Source: Candidatus Latescibacterota bacterium
GTDB lineage: Bacteria; Latescibacterota; UBA2968; UBA8231
Reading direction: 5' to 3'
DNA: 64,000 bases
Assembly (NCBI GenBank): GCA_965215195.1
Contig: CBDCDC010000002.1
Location: forward strand, 3,360,001-3,424,000
The notes beneath the pieces are model-generated. The model worked only from the letters and a program-made list of their open reading frames with translations, did no database searches and was not told the origin of the DNA. This document shows, in pieces, positions 1-9,266 of the stretch. Numbering within the stretch: position 1 is the stretch's first letter; every line of letters begins with the position of its first letter. A program made the translations under genes and the position numbers.

Positions 1-930
1 ATATCGGCCCTGCAAGAGCCGCACGGCCGTATCGTACCCAATTGCAAAATGGCAACCGCCGAAAAGTCGGGCCTTCTGCACAAAGGTCGGTGCCCGCGTC
101 ACCACCACTGGGAAGCGACCGCGCATTTGCGCCAAGCGCTGCTCAACCTCGCTCCTTTGCAGGGGCGGCTTATCGACGTTTTCAATGGACAGCTCCAAGC
201 TCGGCCGCCGGCCACTTAGCTGTCCCGTCGCAGCCGCGAGCCGCTCGTGTCCCTCGTGCAGCGGGTTGAAAGACCCGGACAAGAGCAGGCGCTGCCCGCG
301 CTCAACCTCGGGCGCGAGCACCCCATCGGGACGCATCTCGACGACGTCCAACTCGCCCGCAAACAGCAAGCGCAGCGGATCGTCTAACGACAGCGTCCGC
401 CGCGAAAGACGCGCGCAGTGCGGCAGCGCTGCACCAGCGACCGGGCCGCCGCAGACCTCCACTATGGCCTCCAAGGCCAAGCGGCTCAAGACCTCCTCTT
501 GCTCCAAGCGGGCGGCAGCACCCTTCTCAAAATGCAGGGTGTACAAGCGATAGGCCCCCTCCAAGCGCAGCGCGATGCAGCCCCGATCCGCGCCGCGCCG
601 CAGCCTGCTCGTCGCCAGAGCCGCACTGCAACCCACGCCGAGGCAGCCCGGCCCCGGCTCGGCAAGAGAAGCGGCCCGCACAAAGGCCCGGCCCGCCATA
701 TCCCGCGCCGTTTGCTCGTTTGCCCGATGCGGCCCTAGCGAGGCCAAATACGCCGCGAGCGCTCGCTCGCTATAGGGCACTTGGGCTTCGACGATTGCGT
801 GCGAGGCCCCGGGGTGATTCAAGAGCCAGCTAATGAGTTCGCTGCCCCCGCCGGTGGTCGCGATGGCCAGCCGGAGGCCGCTGTGCAATACGGCTTCGAC
901 CTGCGCCCAGATGTCGCCGGAGACGCGCAA
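1..930 (-). CDS. CinA-like/nucleotidyltransferase (HxGH) fusion protein, 3' end beyond window start
   Basis: Hand translation from TTG at 930 is open to position 1: LAIATTGGGSELISWLLNHPGAS (CinA-C-like) ... SGSFNPLHEGH (HxGH cytidylyltransferase motif) ... GYDTAVRL. Not in the ORF track because no stop lies in the window. Confidence 0.8.
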   Translation of the reverse strand, partial: MRVSGDIWAQVEAVLHSGLRLAIATTGGGSELISWLLNHPGASHAIVEAQVPYSERALAAYLASLGPHRANEQTARDMAGRAFVRAASLAEPGPGCLGVGCSAALATSRLRRGADRGCIALRLEGAYRLYTLHFEKGAAARLEQEEVLSRLALEAIVEVCGGPVAGAALPHCARLSRRTLSLDDPLRLLFAGELDVVEMRPDGVLAPEVERGQRLLLSGSFNPLHEGHERLAAATGQLSGRRPSLELSIENVDKPPLQRSEVEQRLAQMRGRFPVVVTRAPTFVQKARLFGGCHFAIGYDTAVRLLQGRY

Positions 931-936
931 GCCGCT

Positions 937-2352
937 CTACCCCGCGAAGAAGTCGAAGGCACTGCGGAGGCCCCAGCCCGTGAGGAAGAGGCCGCTGACC
1001 AAGTTGAGCACTCGCAGCGGCCACCCCATGCGCAGCGGTGCTGGCAGGAAGCGGCGATCGGTCCATACCATCAGCAAGCACCACAGACCGCAGGTGAGGA
1101 CCCCGCCGAAGATCGCCGCTGGCGTCACGATCGCCACCGGGTTGCCACCCATCCACATAATGGCGACGCCGCCCACGCCGCAGTAGGCCACCACCCACGG
1201 CCGCAGCCGGGCAACGGGCACCTCGCGCAGCCGCCGGACAATGGGCCGGAAGCACTCGTACGTGGTGCGCGTATAGAGCTCGTACGCGGCCATAATGGTG
1301 CCAAAAAACGCGGTAAACACGCCCAATTGGTACAGATAGACCAAGGCTGGATGCAGGAGCGTGAGGAAATCGGCCTGTACCGACAGCAGCTGCATCCCCT
1401 CCGGCACGATGTGCTGGGGGCGGAGCACGGCCGCGCCGAGCACCACAAAGGCCATGGTAAAAATCACCACGCAGACAAAGGACACTCCTGAGTCCACCAG
1501 TGGACCCCGCAGCCAAGCTCGGCCCCGGGCCATATTTTTATCGTCGGGCGCAATGGCCACGCCCTCCTCGGCGGCCTCCACGTTGCGGCCCAGCAGGCCC
1601 CAAGCCTTCTCCCGCAACATGCCGATGTAGCCGAAGTAGTCCTGTGTGCCGCCGCCGATTGCACCTAAGTAGGTGCCCAGCTCCACCCAGGCCGAGCGCG
1701 CCGCCACGGCCGGATACTTGCTAATCAGCCAGGGATCATAAGCGGGCATGGTCGGCACGACCGAACCTAGCAACACCGCCAGCCAGTCGGGCTGGGCGGC
1801 CGCAGCGGCCGTCAGGATCGAGAGCAGCAGGACGCCGACGACCACAGTCTGAAATTTCTCGAGCGCACCATAGCTCTGCACCATGGTAATGGCGATGGCC
1901 AAGGCGACAAAGGCCGTGCCCCACACGCGGGGGTCGCCCCATATCGCCAGCCCCTCACAGCCCAAGATCCACACCATCAGCCCGCCGAGCATCTTGGGCA
2001 ACCCCGACAGCCACAGCGGGAAGCAAAGCGCGGTCAGCACCGCCATAACCCACACCACCCAGCCCTGCGGCCCAGGCAAAAACTTCCAGCGTTCGAGCGG
2101 GTGTTCTCCCGTCAGGGTCATGTAGCGCGCCGCCGTATAGACTTGCACGAACTTCATCAAGCCGCCGCCGATAAAGCACCACAGCAGGGCGTAGCCGAAC
2201 ACCGCTCCGCCCCGCGAGGCAAAGACCGTCTCACCGCTGCCGATCGTCACCGAGGCGATGATGGCGCCCGGGCCAAAAATGCGCAGCATAGCCCCCACAC
2301 CGCGCGCCTGCATGTCTTCGCTGAGCGCGGGATAGCGCCGCACCTCACTCAT
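937..2352 (-). CDS. NRAMP-family divalent metal/solute transporter
   Basis: GPGAIIASVTIGSGE TM1 motif, many hydrophobic helices, SD GAGGAG upstream. Confidence 0.8.
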   Translation of the reverse strand: MSEVRRYPALSEDMQARGVGAMLRIFGPGAIIASVTIGSGETVFASRGGAVFGYALLWCFIGGGLMKFVQVYTAARYMTLTGEHPLERWKFLPGPQGWVVWVMAVLTALCFPLWLSGLPKMLGGLMVWILGCEGLAIWGDPRVWGTAFVALAIAITMVQSYGALEKFQTVVVGVLLLSILTAAAAAQPDWLAVLLGSVVPTMPAYDPWLISKYPAVAARSAWVELGTYLGAIGGGTQDYFGYIGMLREKAWGLLGRNVEAAEEGVAIAPDDKNMARGRAWLRGPLVDSGVSFVCVVIFTMAFVVLGAAVLRPQHIVPEGMQLLSVQADFLTLLHPALVYLYQLGVFTAFFGTIMAAYELYTRTTYECFRPIVRRLREVPVARLRPWVVAYCGVGGVAIMWMGGNPVAIVTPAAIFGGVLTCGLWCLLMVWTDRRFLPAPLRMGWPLRVLNLVSGLFLTGWGLRSAFDFFAG

Positions 2353-2520
2353 GGAAGCATCTCCTCTTTTACCGGTGGATCGCCCATAGAGAACCTTTCA
2401 GAGGACTGCCGTCTGGACGACGGGAAGCGAGGCGGCAGTCACCAGTATTGGCGACACATGGAAGCGTCCCTGAGTACAGGCCGATACAGGAGAGAATGTC
2501 ATAATGCGACGCTCTTATCA

Positions 2521-2613
2521 GTGGCTCGGTGCGGGCCGTTGGCCGTCAACGTGGACGCAGTAAGGTCGTGCGTAGGCCAAGAAGCTATCCGCCTTTAGGC
2601 GATAGTAGTTCAC
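2521..2613 (+). ncRNA. Orphan IS200/IS605 right end with TnpB omega-RNA-like scaffold
   Basis: Stem TTGGCC...GGCCAA (2539-2580), then GAAG + hairpin CTATCCGCC-TTTA-GGCGATAG + terminal TTCAC. GAAG/TCAC fits the IS200/IS605 guide/cleavage tetranucleotide pairing. No tnpA or tnpB nearby. Confidence 0.6.
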
Positions 2614-2681
2614 AATATCGCTCTGGCTATTGTTTGTCAAACACCCGCAGCACAACCATATTTTTTGCGAGAGCTCATCCG

Positions 2682-3518
2682 ATGAACATCGCCAAAGCCA
2701 TCGTGCCGGTAGCCGGCCTCGGCACCCGACTCCTGCCCACGACCAAAGCCGTGCCCAAGGAAATGCTGCCAGTGGGCCGCCGGCCGGTCATCCACCACGT
2801 CGTCGAAGAACTAGCGGCTGCTGGCATCCGCCAAATCCTCTTCGTCACCGGGCGCGGCAAGAGCGCGATTGAGGACCACTTCGACGACAGCGACGCGGGC
2901 TACCGCGAGCGCGGCATTGAGTTTTTCTCCGTGCGCCAACCCCAGCCTCCCGGCACCGGTACTGCGGTCGCCGCCGGGGAGGCCTTTGTGGCCGGCGAGC
3001 CTTTTGTCGTGGCCTTTGGCGACAGCATCGTGCGCACCAGCAGCGATCGCCCCCTGTTGCAGCGGATGATCGACTCGCACCTGCGCCATCGCTCGTCCGG
3101 CACCATCGGCGCGTACGAAGTGCCCGCAGAGCAGATGCACCACTACGGCATCTTGGTGCCCGAAGTGGCGACGACCGGAGATGCCAAGCTGACCGCGATC
3201 TTAGAAAAACCAACGCCCGCGCAAACCTTTAGTCGCTTGGCCGTTAGTGCGCGCTACGTGTTTTCTCCGGCCATTTTCGCCCACATCCGCGCCACCGCGC
3301 CCGCTGCGAGCGGGGAGGTATTTCTCACCGACGCAATCGCCGCCCTCATCGCCGCCGGTGCCCCGGTGCGCGCCGTGCGCTTGAGTACCGACGAGCAGCG
3401 CTGCGACATTGGCAACCACCTGTCTTATTTTTTGAGCTTTATCGATTACGCGCTCGACGACCCAGAATGGGGGGCGCAAATCCGCGCCTATCTGCGAGCA
3501 AAACTAGCCAACGGGTAG
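2682..3518 (+). CDS. galU: UTP--glucose-1-phosphate uridylyltransferase
   Basis: KAIVPVAGLGTRLLPTTKAVPKEMLP, EKP and DIGN motifs. The stop codon is supplied by the TIR of the adjacent element. Confidence 0.9.
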   Translation: MNIAKAIVPVAGLGTRLLPTTKAVPKEMLPVGRRPVIHHVVEELAAAGIRQILFVTGRGKSAIEDHFDDSDAGYRERGIEFFSVRQPQPPGTGTAVAAGEAFVAGEPFVVAFGDSIVRTSSDRPLLQRMIDSHLRHRSSGTIGAYEVPAEQMHHYGILVPEVATTGDAKLTAILEKPTPAQTFSRLAVSARYVFSPAIFAHIRATAPAASGEVFLTDAIAALIAAGAPVRAVRLSTDEQRCDIGNHLSYFLSFIDYALDDPEWGAQIRAYLRAKLANG

Positions 3519-3546
3519 TGGTCTATTTTGAAGTCTGCCTGCCCGA

Positions 3547-3924
3547 TTAGCCGTCATCTTCAAGCTGTTTTATCCCGGCTGACAAATAGTTTCTGAACAC
3601 TTTTTTGGCTTCATGTCGAAACGCTTTACAACGGATTTCGTTCTGGAGCACGGGGAAATTTTTGTGGGGATCGCCTTCCAGCGACTTTATATAGTTCGGC
3701 GCACTAGGGGTTACGTTCACAATCGTTGCCGGACCTTTATAATACTGGCGAATTTCCCCTACATCTTCCCAGCCCCACTGTCTTCGGAAATTGCCCGATC
3801 CCGAGGGGCTATTGTCTAATAGTCGATATATTTGAAGTATTGTTTTTCCCCTCTTGTATTTCCTCTTGCAATCAAATCGACGGACTTGCTCGCTCAAGTC
3901 TTGGATAATAGCTTGGTAGTCCAT
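3547..3924 (-). CDS. hypothetical cargo protein (125 aa)
   Basis: ORF with SD AGGAGAG, ends just inside the left TIR; no family recognised. Confidence 0.6.
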   Translation of the reverse strand: MDYQAIIQDLSEQVRRFDCKRKYKRGKTILQIYRLLDNSPSGSGNFRRQWGWEDVGEIRQYYKGPATIVNVTPSAPNYIKSLEGDPHKNFPVLQNEIRCKAFRHEAKKVFRNYLSAGIKQLEDDG

Positions 3925-4047
3925 TTGAACTCTCCTTGTGTGCCTGAAGTATAGCCACAGGTCTACTCCTTTTTGAAATTCGTTCGAGGATCGACTAATC
4001 GCGTTGCGGTCTCCTTTTTTGTATCGTTGTGATATGCCTCAGTCTAA

Positions 4048-4880
4048 GAGCCTATACGAAAATTGATTTTCTGTTGATACAAAGGTCTTGGCGACCTACG
4101 CTTTCCGTACCATTTACCCTCAACCAAGAGGCGGAAAGCCATGGCCACCAAGACCGATTCGCCGGACACAATCTGGCGTATCCCGGATGCCTTGTGGCAT
4201 CGAATCACCCCGATTCTGGGTCCGGAAAAACAACCCGGCACTGTCGGACGCCCGTCCACGCCCCACCGCGTCCTCTTCGACGCGATTTCCGACAATGGGT
4301 GAAACAAGGCGTGTTTCTCCGAGCTTGGCAGACGCTGCTGCACTACTATGATACGGAAGTGGGTATTGCTTGGGAATGGCAAGCCCTCGATGGGGTGATC
4401 ACCAAAGCGCCGTTGGGCGGCCAAGCGACGGGTCCGTCGCCGGTCGATCGGAGTAAACAGGGCACCAAACGGTCGGTGTTGACCGACCAGCGAGGGGCAC
4501 CACTGGCGGTGGAAATAACCGGAGCCCATACACACGACAAAACGGTGGCACGGGCGACGCTGGATGGCCTTGTCGTGGAAAGACCCAAGCAAGTCGTCTA
4601 TCGGCTGCATCCTCGGTGTCTGGACACAGGCTATGATTACGCCGATGTGATCGAAGGAGTTGAGCAACGCGACTATCACCTACACTTAGCCAAAAGGGGA
4701 GCCGACAAGACCACTCGGCGCGGCCAAAAGAACCATTCGGCGCGTCGATGGGTGGTTGAACGAACCCATGCTTGGCATAATCGGTTCCGTCGGCTGTTGA
4801 TCCGATGGGAGAAGAAGAGTACCCATTACGAAGCATTCATTCAGGTCGCTTCGGTGCTTATCATTTTTCAAATCTTCGAA
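4048..4880 (+). pseudogene. IS5-family element remnant: left end plus frameshifted/deleted transposase
   Basis: Left end GAGCCTATACGAAAATT after TAA. ATG 4141 (WRIPDALWHRITPIL...GRP), then a frame change into QALDG...KQGTKRSVLTD...LDTGYD...RWVVERTHAWHNRFRRLLIRWEK. No right end seen. Confidence 0.85.
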
Positions 4881-5520
4881 CGGTTGAAAGTGCACCAGCG
4901 GGTGTCAATTCCCTTGGAATACGTGGCTCTCGGGCGAGCGGGCAACTCGGCCACGTCCGATCAGATGCACCTGTTGGATCAAGCGTTGGGCTATCTGCCC
5001 GCAGGGCACTATTGTCTGTTGGCCGACCACGAGTTTATCGGTGGGGCGTGGCTTGGGTATCTGCTCAAGCGCGAGGTGGATTTTGTCATTTGTTTGCGTT
5101 CTAATCACACCCTTAAACGGGCTGACGGGCGTACCCTATCCTTGGAGCGGAGCACCCGCCGCCAAGCCCGAGGCATCACGCGGGTCTATCAACAGGTGCA
5201 GTTGTATGAAGGCTCCAATGCCGTCTCCGTTCATCTCATCTTATATGTCATCGAGCGGCCAACGGCTGTTTCTGGCCACCACTTTCGACGATGTGGTCGC
5301 GTTGTATAAACAGCGGTGGGCTGCCGAGACAGCGTTTGGGTTCCTTAAGTCCAAAGGCTTTGATTTGGAAGCCACGCATTTACGCACATCCAAGCGGGTC
5401 GTACGCTTGGTCGGCCTGCTCGCCCTCGGCGTACTATGGACCCTGTGCGTCGGAGAGCACCTACATCAACAAAAAAGCCTTGACGTAAACACAATAGTCC
5501 TGTATTATCTCCGTATGTAG
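4881..5520 (+). pseudogene. IS4-family (IS10-like) transposase fragment, frameshifted
   Basis: SIPL...GNS...LLADHEFIG..WL..L...F.I.LRSN, and in the next frame LYKQRWAAETAFGFLKSKGFDLE (YREK signature). Confidence 0.8.
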
Positions 5521-5554
5521 ATTTGATGGTGAGTGGACAGATATTTATAACAAT

Positions 5555-5590
5555 TATTCTAACATTCTAACTATTCTAACATTCTAACTA
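5555..5590 (+). repeat. short tandem repeat (TATTCTAACATTCTAAC)x2 upstream of lipoprotein gene
   Basis: Four ATTCTAAC(T) units read directly from the sequence. Confidence 0.8.
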
Positions 5591-5622
5591 TTTTTTTTGC
5601 CAAGTAGAGAAGGAGAAACGAC

Positions 5623-6342
5623 ATGCTGATGCTCTTGATTATGGGCCTGATGACCCTTTTTCTGGCTTGCTCCGAACAGAATAACCCCGTCAAGCAGTCT
5701 GGCCTGGCGGGCAAGGCTATGCAAGGCGATTGCGACACCAATGGCGACGGCAACGTTGACTTATTTGAGTTCGCGGCCTGTAACGAAATCGAGGTCGGCA
5801 GCAGCGGTCAAGCTGCGCCAGCGCACTGCGATACCGTCGCGCAAACTACGCCAGCGGATACCGTCCCATGGCGGTCGAGCTTTGGCTTAGAGTTAAGCAA
5901 TTTTACCATACACGACAGCCTTATTTGGACTAGCTGGGGAGGTAAATATGTCGAATTCAGCTTGACCTTAGCCAACCGTAGTAATCAACTACTCCTAAAC
6001 AACGTAGTTGATATTGAGGTGTACAAAAACGGCGAAAGAATGGGGGATGGTAGCGTTAAAGTAGAGTGGGGAGACGGAAAGTATGCCCGAAGATATGGCT
6101 ACTTAAAACCGGGGCAGACATTTGACTACGTAGGAGCCCGTCTTTGGCTTAGATATGGACTAGATGAACTACATTGGGATTGCTACCGCATTGAATTGTC
6201 GGCATGGCCCATAAGGGAAGAAATCAATTGGTCAAAAGTAGAAGAAGAAATCGATTGGTCAAAACAGGAAGCGGAAACAGTGCGCGAGATTTTGCCGGCT
6301 TCCACGTGTAACAAATGGGACCTACCTAAAGACACTCGTTAG
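5623..6342 (+). CDS. putative lipoprotein with EF-hand/dockerin-like Ca2+ loop
   Basis: SD AAGGAG, hydrophobic signal with lipobox LFLA-C, DTNGDGNVDLFEF loop. Confidence 0.7.
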   Translation: MLMLLIMGLMTLFLACSEQNNPVKQSGLAGKAMQGDCDTNGDGNVDLFEFAACNEIEVGSSGQAAPAHCDTVAQTTPADTVPWRSSFGLELSNFTIHDSLIWTSWGGKYVEFSLTLANRSNQLLLNNVVDIEVYKNGERMGDGSVKVEWGDGKYARRYGYLKPGQTFDYVGARLWLRYGLDELHWDCYRIELSAWPIREEINWSKVEEEIDWSKQEAETVREILPASTCNKWDLPKDTR

Positions 6343-6567
6343 AACTTGCGCCCGTCCAGCGCAGGCTCGAGACCAACATTGATTCACTGTAACCAACATG
6401 CACATCTGGACGGCCTTTGATGTGCATGTGCCTGCGCTGAAACGCCCTGTAACCCCCATTAACGCATTGGGGTCGTTCAGACACCCGACCCCCAGACTAA
6501 CCAGCTACTTTTCCGCGGATCAATGCTATATAGGAGATTGGCGCAATATGTTACTGGCTTCGACTAA

Positions 6568-6690
6568 GAGCCTATACGAAAATTATGTCAAACGGTCGAC
6601 AATTCGGACTTGATTGAGGCGCAATAGGTAAGGAAAACGTAGATTGCCAAGACCTTTTTATTATTAGGAAATCAATTTTCGTATAGGCTC
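6568..6690. mobile_element. 123-bp MITE derived from an IS5-family element
   Basis: 17-bp TIR GAGCCTATACGAAAATT, TAA duplicated on both sides. Its ~80-bp arm resembles the IS5 left end at 4048 in inverse orientation. Confidence 0.9.
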
Positions 6691-6939
6691 TAAGCCCAAA
6701 CGACCACGCGACACCAACCAACTGGCTCACACGGTTGTCCACGAGGCGATAGACCGTGTGGAACAGCGATCAATCTGCCCACCTCCACGCCAACCACGCC
6801 AACCACTCAAGTCCCGTCCAAAAAATCGGGGACTATCCTTCTGACTGGATCGCCCCCTTACCGCGTGTGATACGACAATACAAACTATCTTTCCCGCACG
6901 GGTCGCCTCCCTACATAATCACCGCATTAAGTCAACTTA

Positions 6940-7496
6940 TCAATGATTTTTTTCGCCCCTCTCGTAGGCTTTTTTGATGGCTTTATCAAAGACTTCAAAG
7001 ACAGTAAAGTAGGTGTCGCCGGCTTCATCATAGGCATCGAGGGCTTCATCGGCGACACGATGGGCTTCGGTGCCGGCTCGTCGGCCAGCACGATGGGCTT
7101 CATCGATGACATGGTTGGCTTCATCGAGGGTACGCTCGGCTTCCTCCCAAGCGGCAAAGGCTAGTCGGACTTCTTCAATCGCATGCACGGCTTTATCGTA
7201 GCCGTAGGCGGTTATCCTAAAAATCGCATAGGCACCTTTGACTTTTTTATTTGCGTCCCTGGCTTCCTCCCAAGCGGCCTCGGCTTTCTTATGGGCTTCG
7301 TCGTCGGCGCGATCTGCGGCCCAATAAGCATCCCAGGCCAGCCTAGTTTCCTCGTGGGCGTCAATGGCTTCAAAATAGGCGGCCTGGGCTTTCTTATAGG
7401 TCCGATATGCCTCTACAGCTCTGTCAAAGGCGGTCTCTCCGGCCAAAACCTCAACGCAAGAAAAAGGCCCAACAGGACATAACTGGCGATCTTCAT
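6940..7496 (-). pseudogene. secreted Ala-rich alpha-helical protein with frameshift in the signal peptide
   Basis: SD GGAGGT + ATG 7496 (MKIASYVLLGLFLAL) is one base out of frame with the 168-aa ORF 6940-7446. Confidence 0.6.
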
Positions 7497-7647
7497 TGCA
7501 TTACCTCCGGTTCGAGATGGTTGACCCAGTTAGGCTTGTTCATGCAGGGAAAGGTACTACGGAAGAAGCACAGGTTCTCTGCAAAAGTGTGAACACCTCG
7601 ATGATATGCAGACCAAGCAGAAAGGTCAATTTCAAAATCCCCCTTCT

Positions 7648-8118
7648 TTAACGTCTGGCGTAGACGCTGATAACGCGATTTCCCTCCTTTGTGACTTGTT
7701 TCAACAGGAATTTTTGCTTGACCAATTCTCGCAAGATTTTATTCGTCTTATCGGAATCGAACAGCTTTACCTTTGTCTCAATCTGCCCCTCCTGACGCAT
7801 ATCCTCTAGGAGATCTCGCACCTCAGCCGCGGTCAATTGTGTATCCGGTGGGGCAAATATTTGACGAACCGCCTCGGTCGGCCCCACGCACGGCCCTTGC
7901 TCCGCCCCTTCAATAACCAAAGTAAATTCCTTAGCCCAGAAGTTCACAACGAACTCAAGCATGGGGTCTGAGTGCTTCTCCACCAGAGCCGCCTCGACCT
8001 TTTCCATTTGCTGAAGCTTTACTTTTAGCTCGGCAATTTCGATTTTCGTCTCCTTTATTCTCTCCCGCAGTCGGTTGAAGAGGAGGTGCATCGGAGTCAG
8101 ATCCGTATTTTTTGTCAT
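7648..8118 (-). CDS. hypothetical protein: N-terminal coiled coil plus putative winged-helix domain
   Basis: Heptad-like N-terminus; GPTEAVRQIF...LTAAEVRDLL...ILRELVKQK C-terminus; divergent from the transposase. Confidence 0.65.
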   Translation of the reverse strand: MTKNTDLTPMHLLFNRLRERIKETKIEIAELKVKLQQMEKVEAALVEKHSDPMLEFVVNFWAKEFTLVIEGAEQGPCVGPTEAVRQIFAPPDTQLTAAEVRDLLEDMRQEGQIETKVKLFDSDKTNKILRELVKQKFLLKQVTKEGNRVISVYARR

Positions 8119-8204
8119 CGGGATTTCCTTTCTTCGGGCTTGACAATAACAGCGACTCGCTCCACTTTATATAAATATGGTGGGCTTCTTATTCGGGGTT
8201 CCAC
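8115..8204 (-). CDS. 29-aa leader peptide translationally coupled to the 7648-8118 gene
   Basis: Strong SD AGAAAGGAGG, GTG at 8204, MEPRIRSPPYLYKVERVAVIVKPEERKSR, TGA overlaps downstream ATG (ATGA). Confidence 0.5.
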   Translation of the reverse strand: MEPRIRSPPYLYKVERVAVIVKPEERKSR

Positions 8205-8246
8205 TAAAAAAACCTCCTTTCTTTGGTTAGACGGGATGGTTTTCTT

Positions 8247-8280
8247 GGGCCGAGCGGTGGCAGCCGTTTCGGCCCTCTTT
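8247..8280 (+). terminator. hairpin with T tail (candidate antisense-RNA terminator)
   Basis: GGGCCGAGCGG-TGGCAG-CCGTTTCGGCCC followed by TCTTT. Confidence 0.5.
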
Positions 8281-8286
8281 ATTAGA

Positions 8287-8315
8287 ACGATAGATGTGTT
8301 GCTTCATCCTGTCAA
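8287..8315 (-). promoter_or_regulatory. sigma70-type promoter
   Basis: TTGACA-17 nt-TATCGT on the minus strand, just upstream of the hairpin and leader ORF. Confidence 0.6.
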
Positions 8316-8412
8316 GCCCCCTGTAAAAATAGTCTTAAATTCAGACCCCCCAACACAAAGTATCTATAAAGTATCTGTTGAGTAAGTGTCTTAATTCAAT
8401 TACACTTAAGGA

Positions 8413-9266
8413 ATGTTCAACAGGGTCCAAAAAGACAAGCTGATTACGATCTTGAACTGCTTGGTAGAGGGTATGGGCGTCCGTCCGACAGCCTGAGTTG
8501 TCGGCTACCACCACCAGACCATCCTCAAGCTACTGTGCTCGGCGGGGACCTGGGCCTCCCAGTATTGCGACAGGCACTTACGCAATCTGGCCTGTCGCCG
8601 CCTAGAAGTGGACGAGGCGTGGAGGCTTTGTCTATGCGAAGGAGCGCAATCTGGGACAGGCCAAGAGCGCACCCCATCAGGCGGGCGATGTGTGGTTGTG
8701 GGTTGCCTTCGACCCTGAAACCAAGCTAATCCCTCTTAGCGGATCGGCGATCAAACACTAGAGACAGCTATCGACTTCATGGCTGACTTGAAGGGACGCC
8801 TTACTCACCGCGTCCAGTTGACCTCGGATGATCTCAGGGCCTATGTAGTGTAGAAGCGGTCGAACAGGCTTTCGGCTGTTATATGCACTACGCAATGCTG
8901 TCGAAGATATACGCCTCGGACGAATTGGCGCTGAACATGGAGAATGTCATGGGCAACCCCGACATGGAGAAGGTGAGCACGTCCGGCGTCGGGCGGCAGA
9001 ACTTGACCATGCGCATGTCCATGCAGCGATTCATGCGGCGCACTAACGGCTTCTCCAAGAAGATTATCAACTACGCCCATACCGTCGCGCTGCACTTTCT
9101 CCATTACAACTTCTGCCGCATCCACCAGAGCATCGACATAACGTCGGCGATGGCGGCCAATATCACGGACACCTTCTACGACATGGAGTGGATCGTTGAT
9201 CGCGTTGCCGAAACCGAACCCAAGCCGCGCCGTCCCAAGACCTATCGCAAAAGGTCTGCGGCTTGA
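8413..9266 (+). pseudogene. IS1-family DDE transposase, inactivated
   Basis: MFNRVQKDKLITILNCLVEGMGVRPTA* then LEVDEAW..., RVQLTSD, and VSTSGVGRQNLTMRMSMQRFMRRTNGFSKK...HFLHYNFCRIH. Stops and frameshifts present; ends at the right TIR. Confidence 0.85.

Noticed and set aside
4029-5309. 426-aa ORF as a novel fused transposase
   Set aside because: Chance read-through joining an IS5 relic to an IS4 fragment; both are frameshifted.
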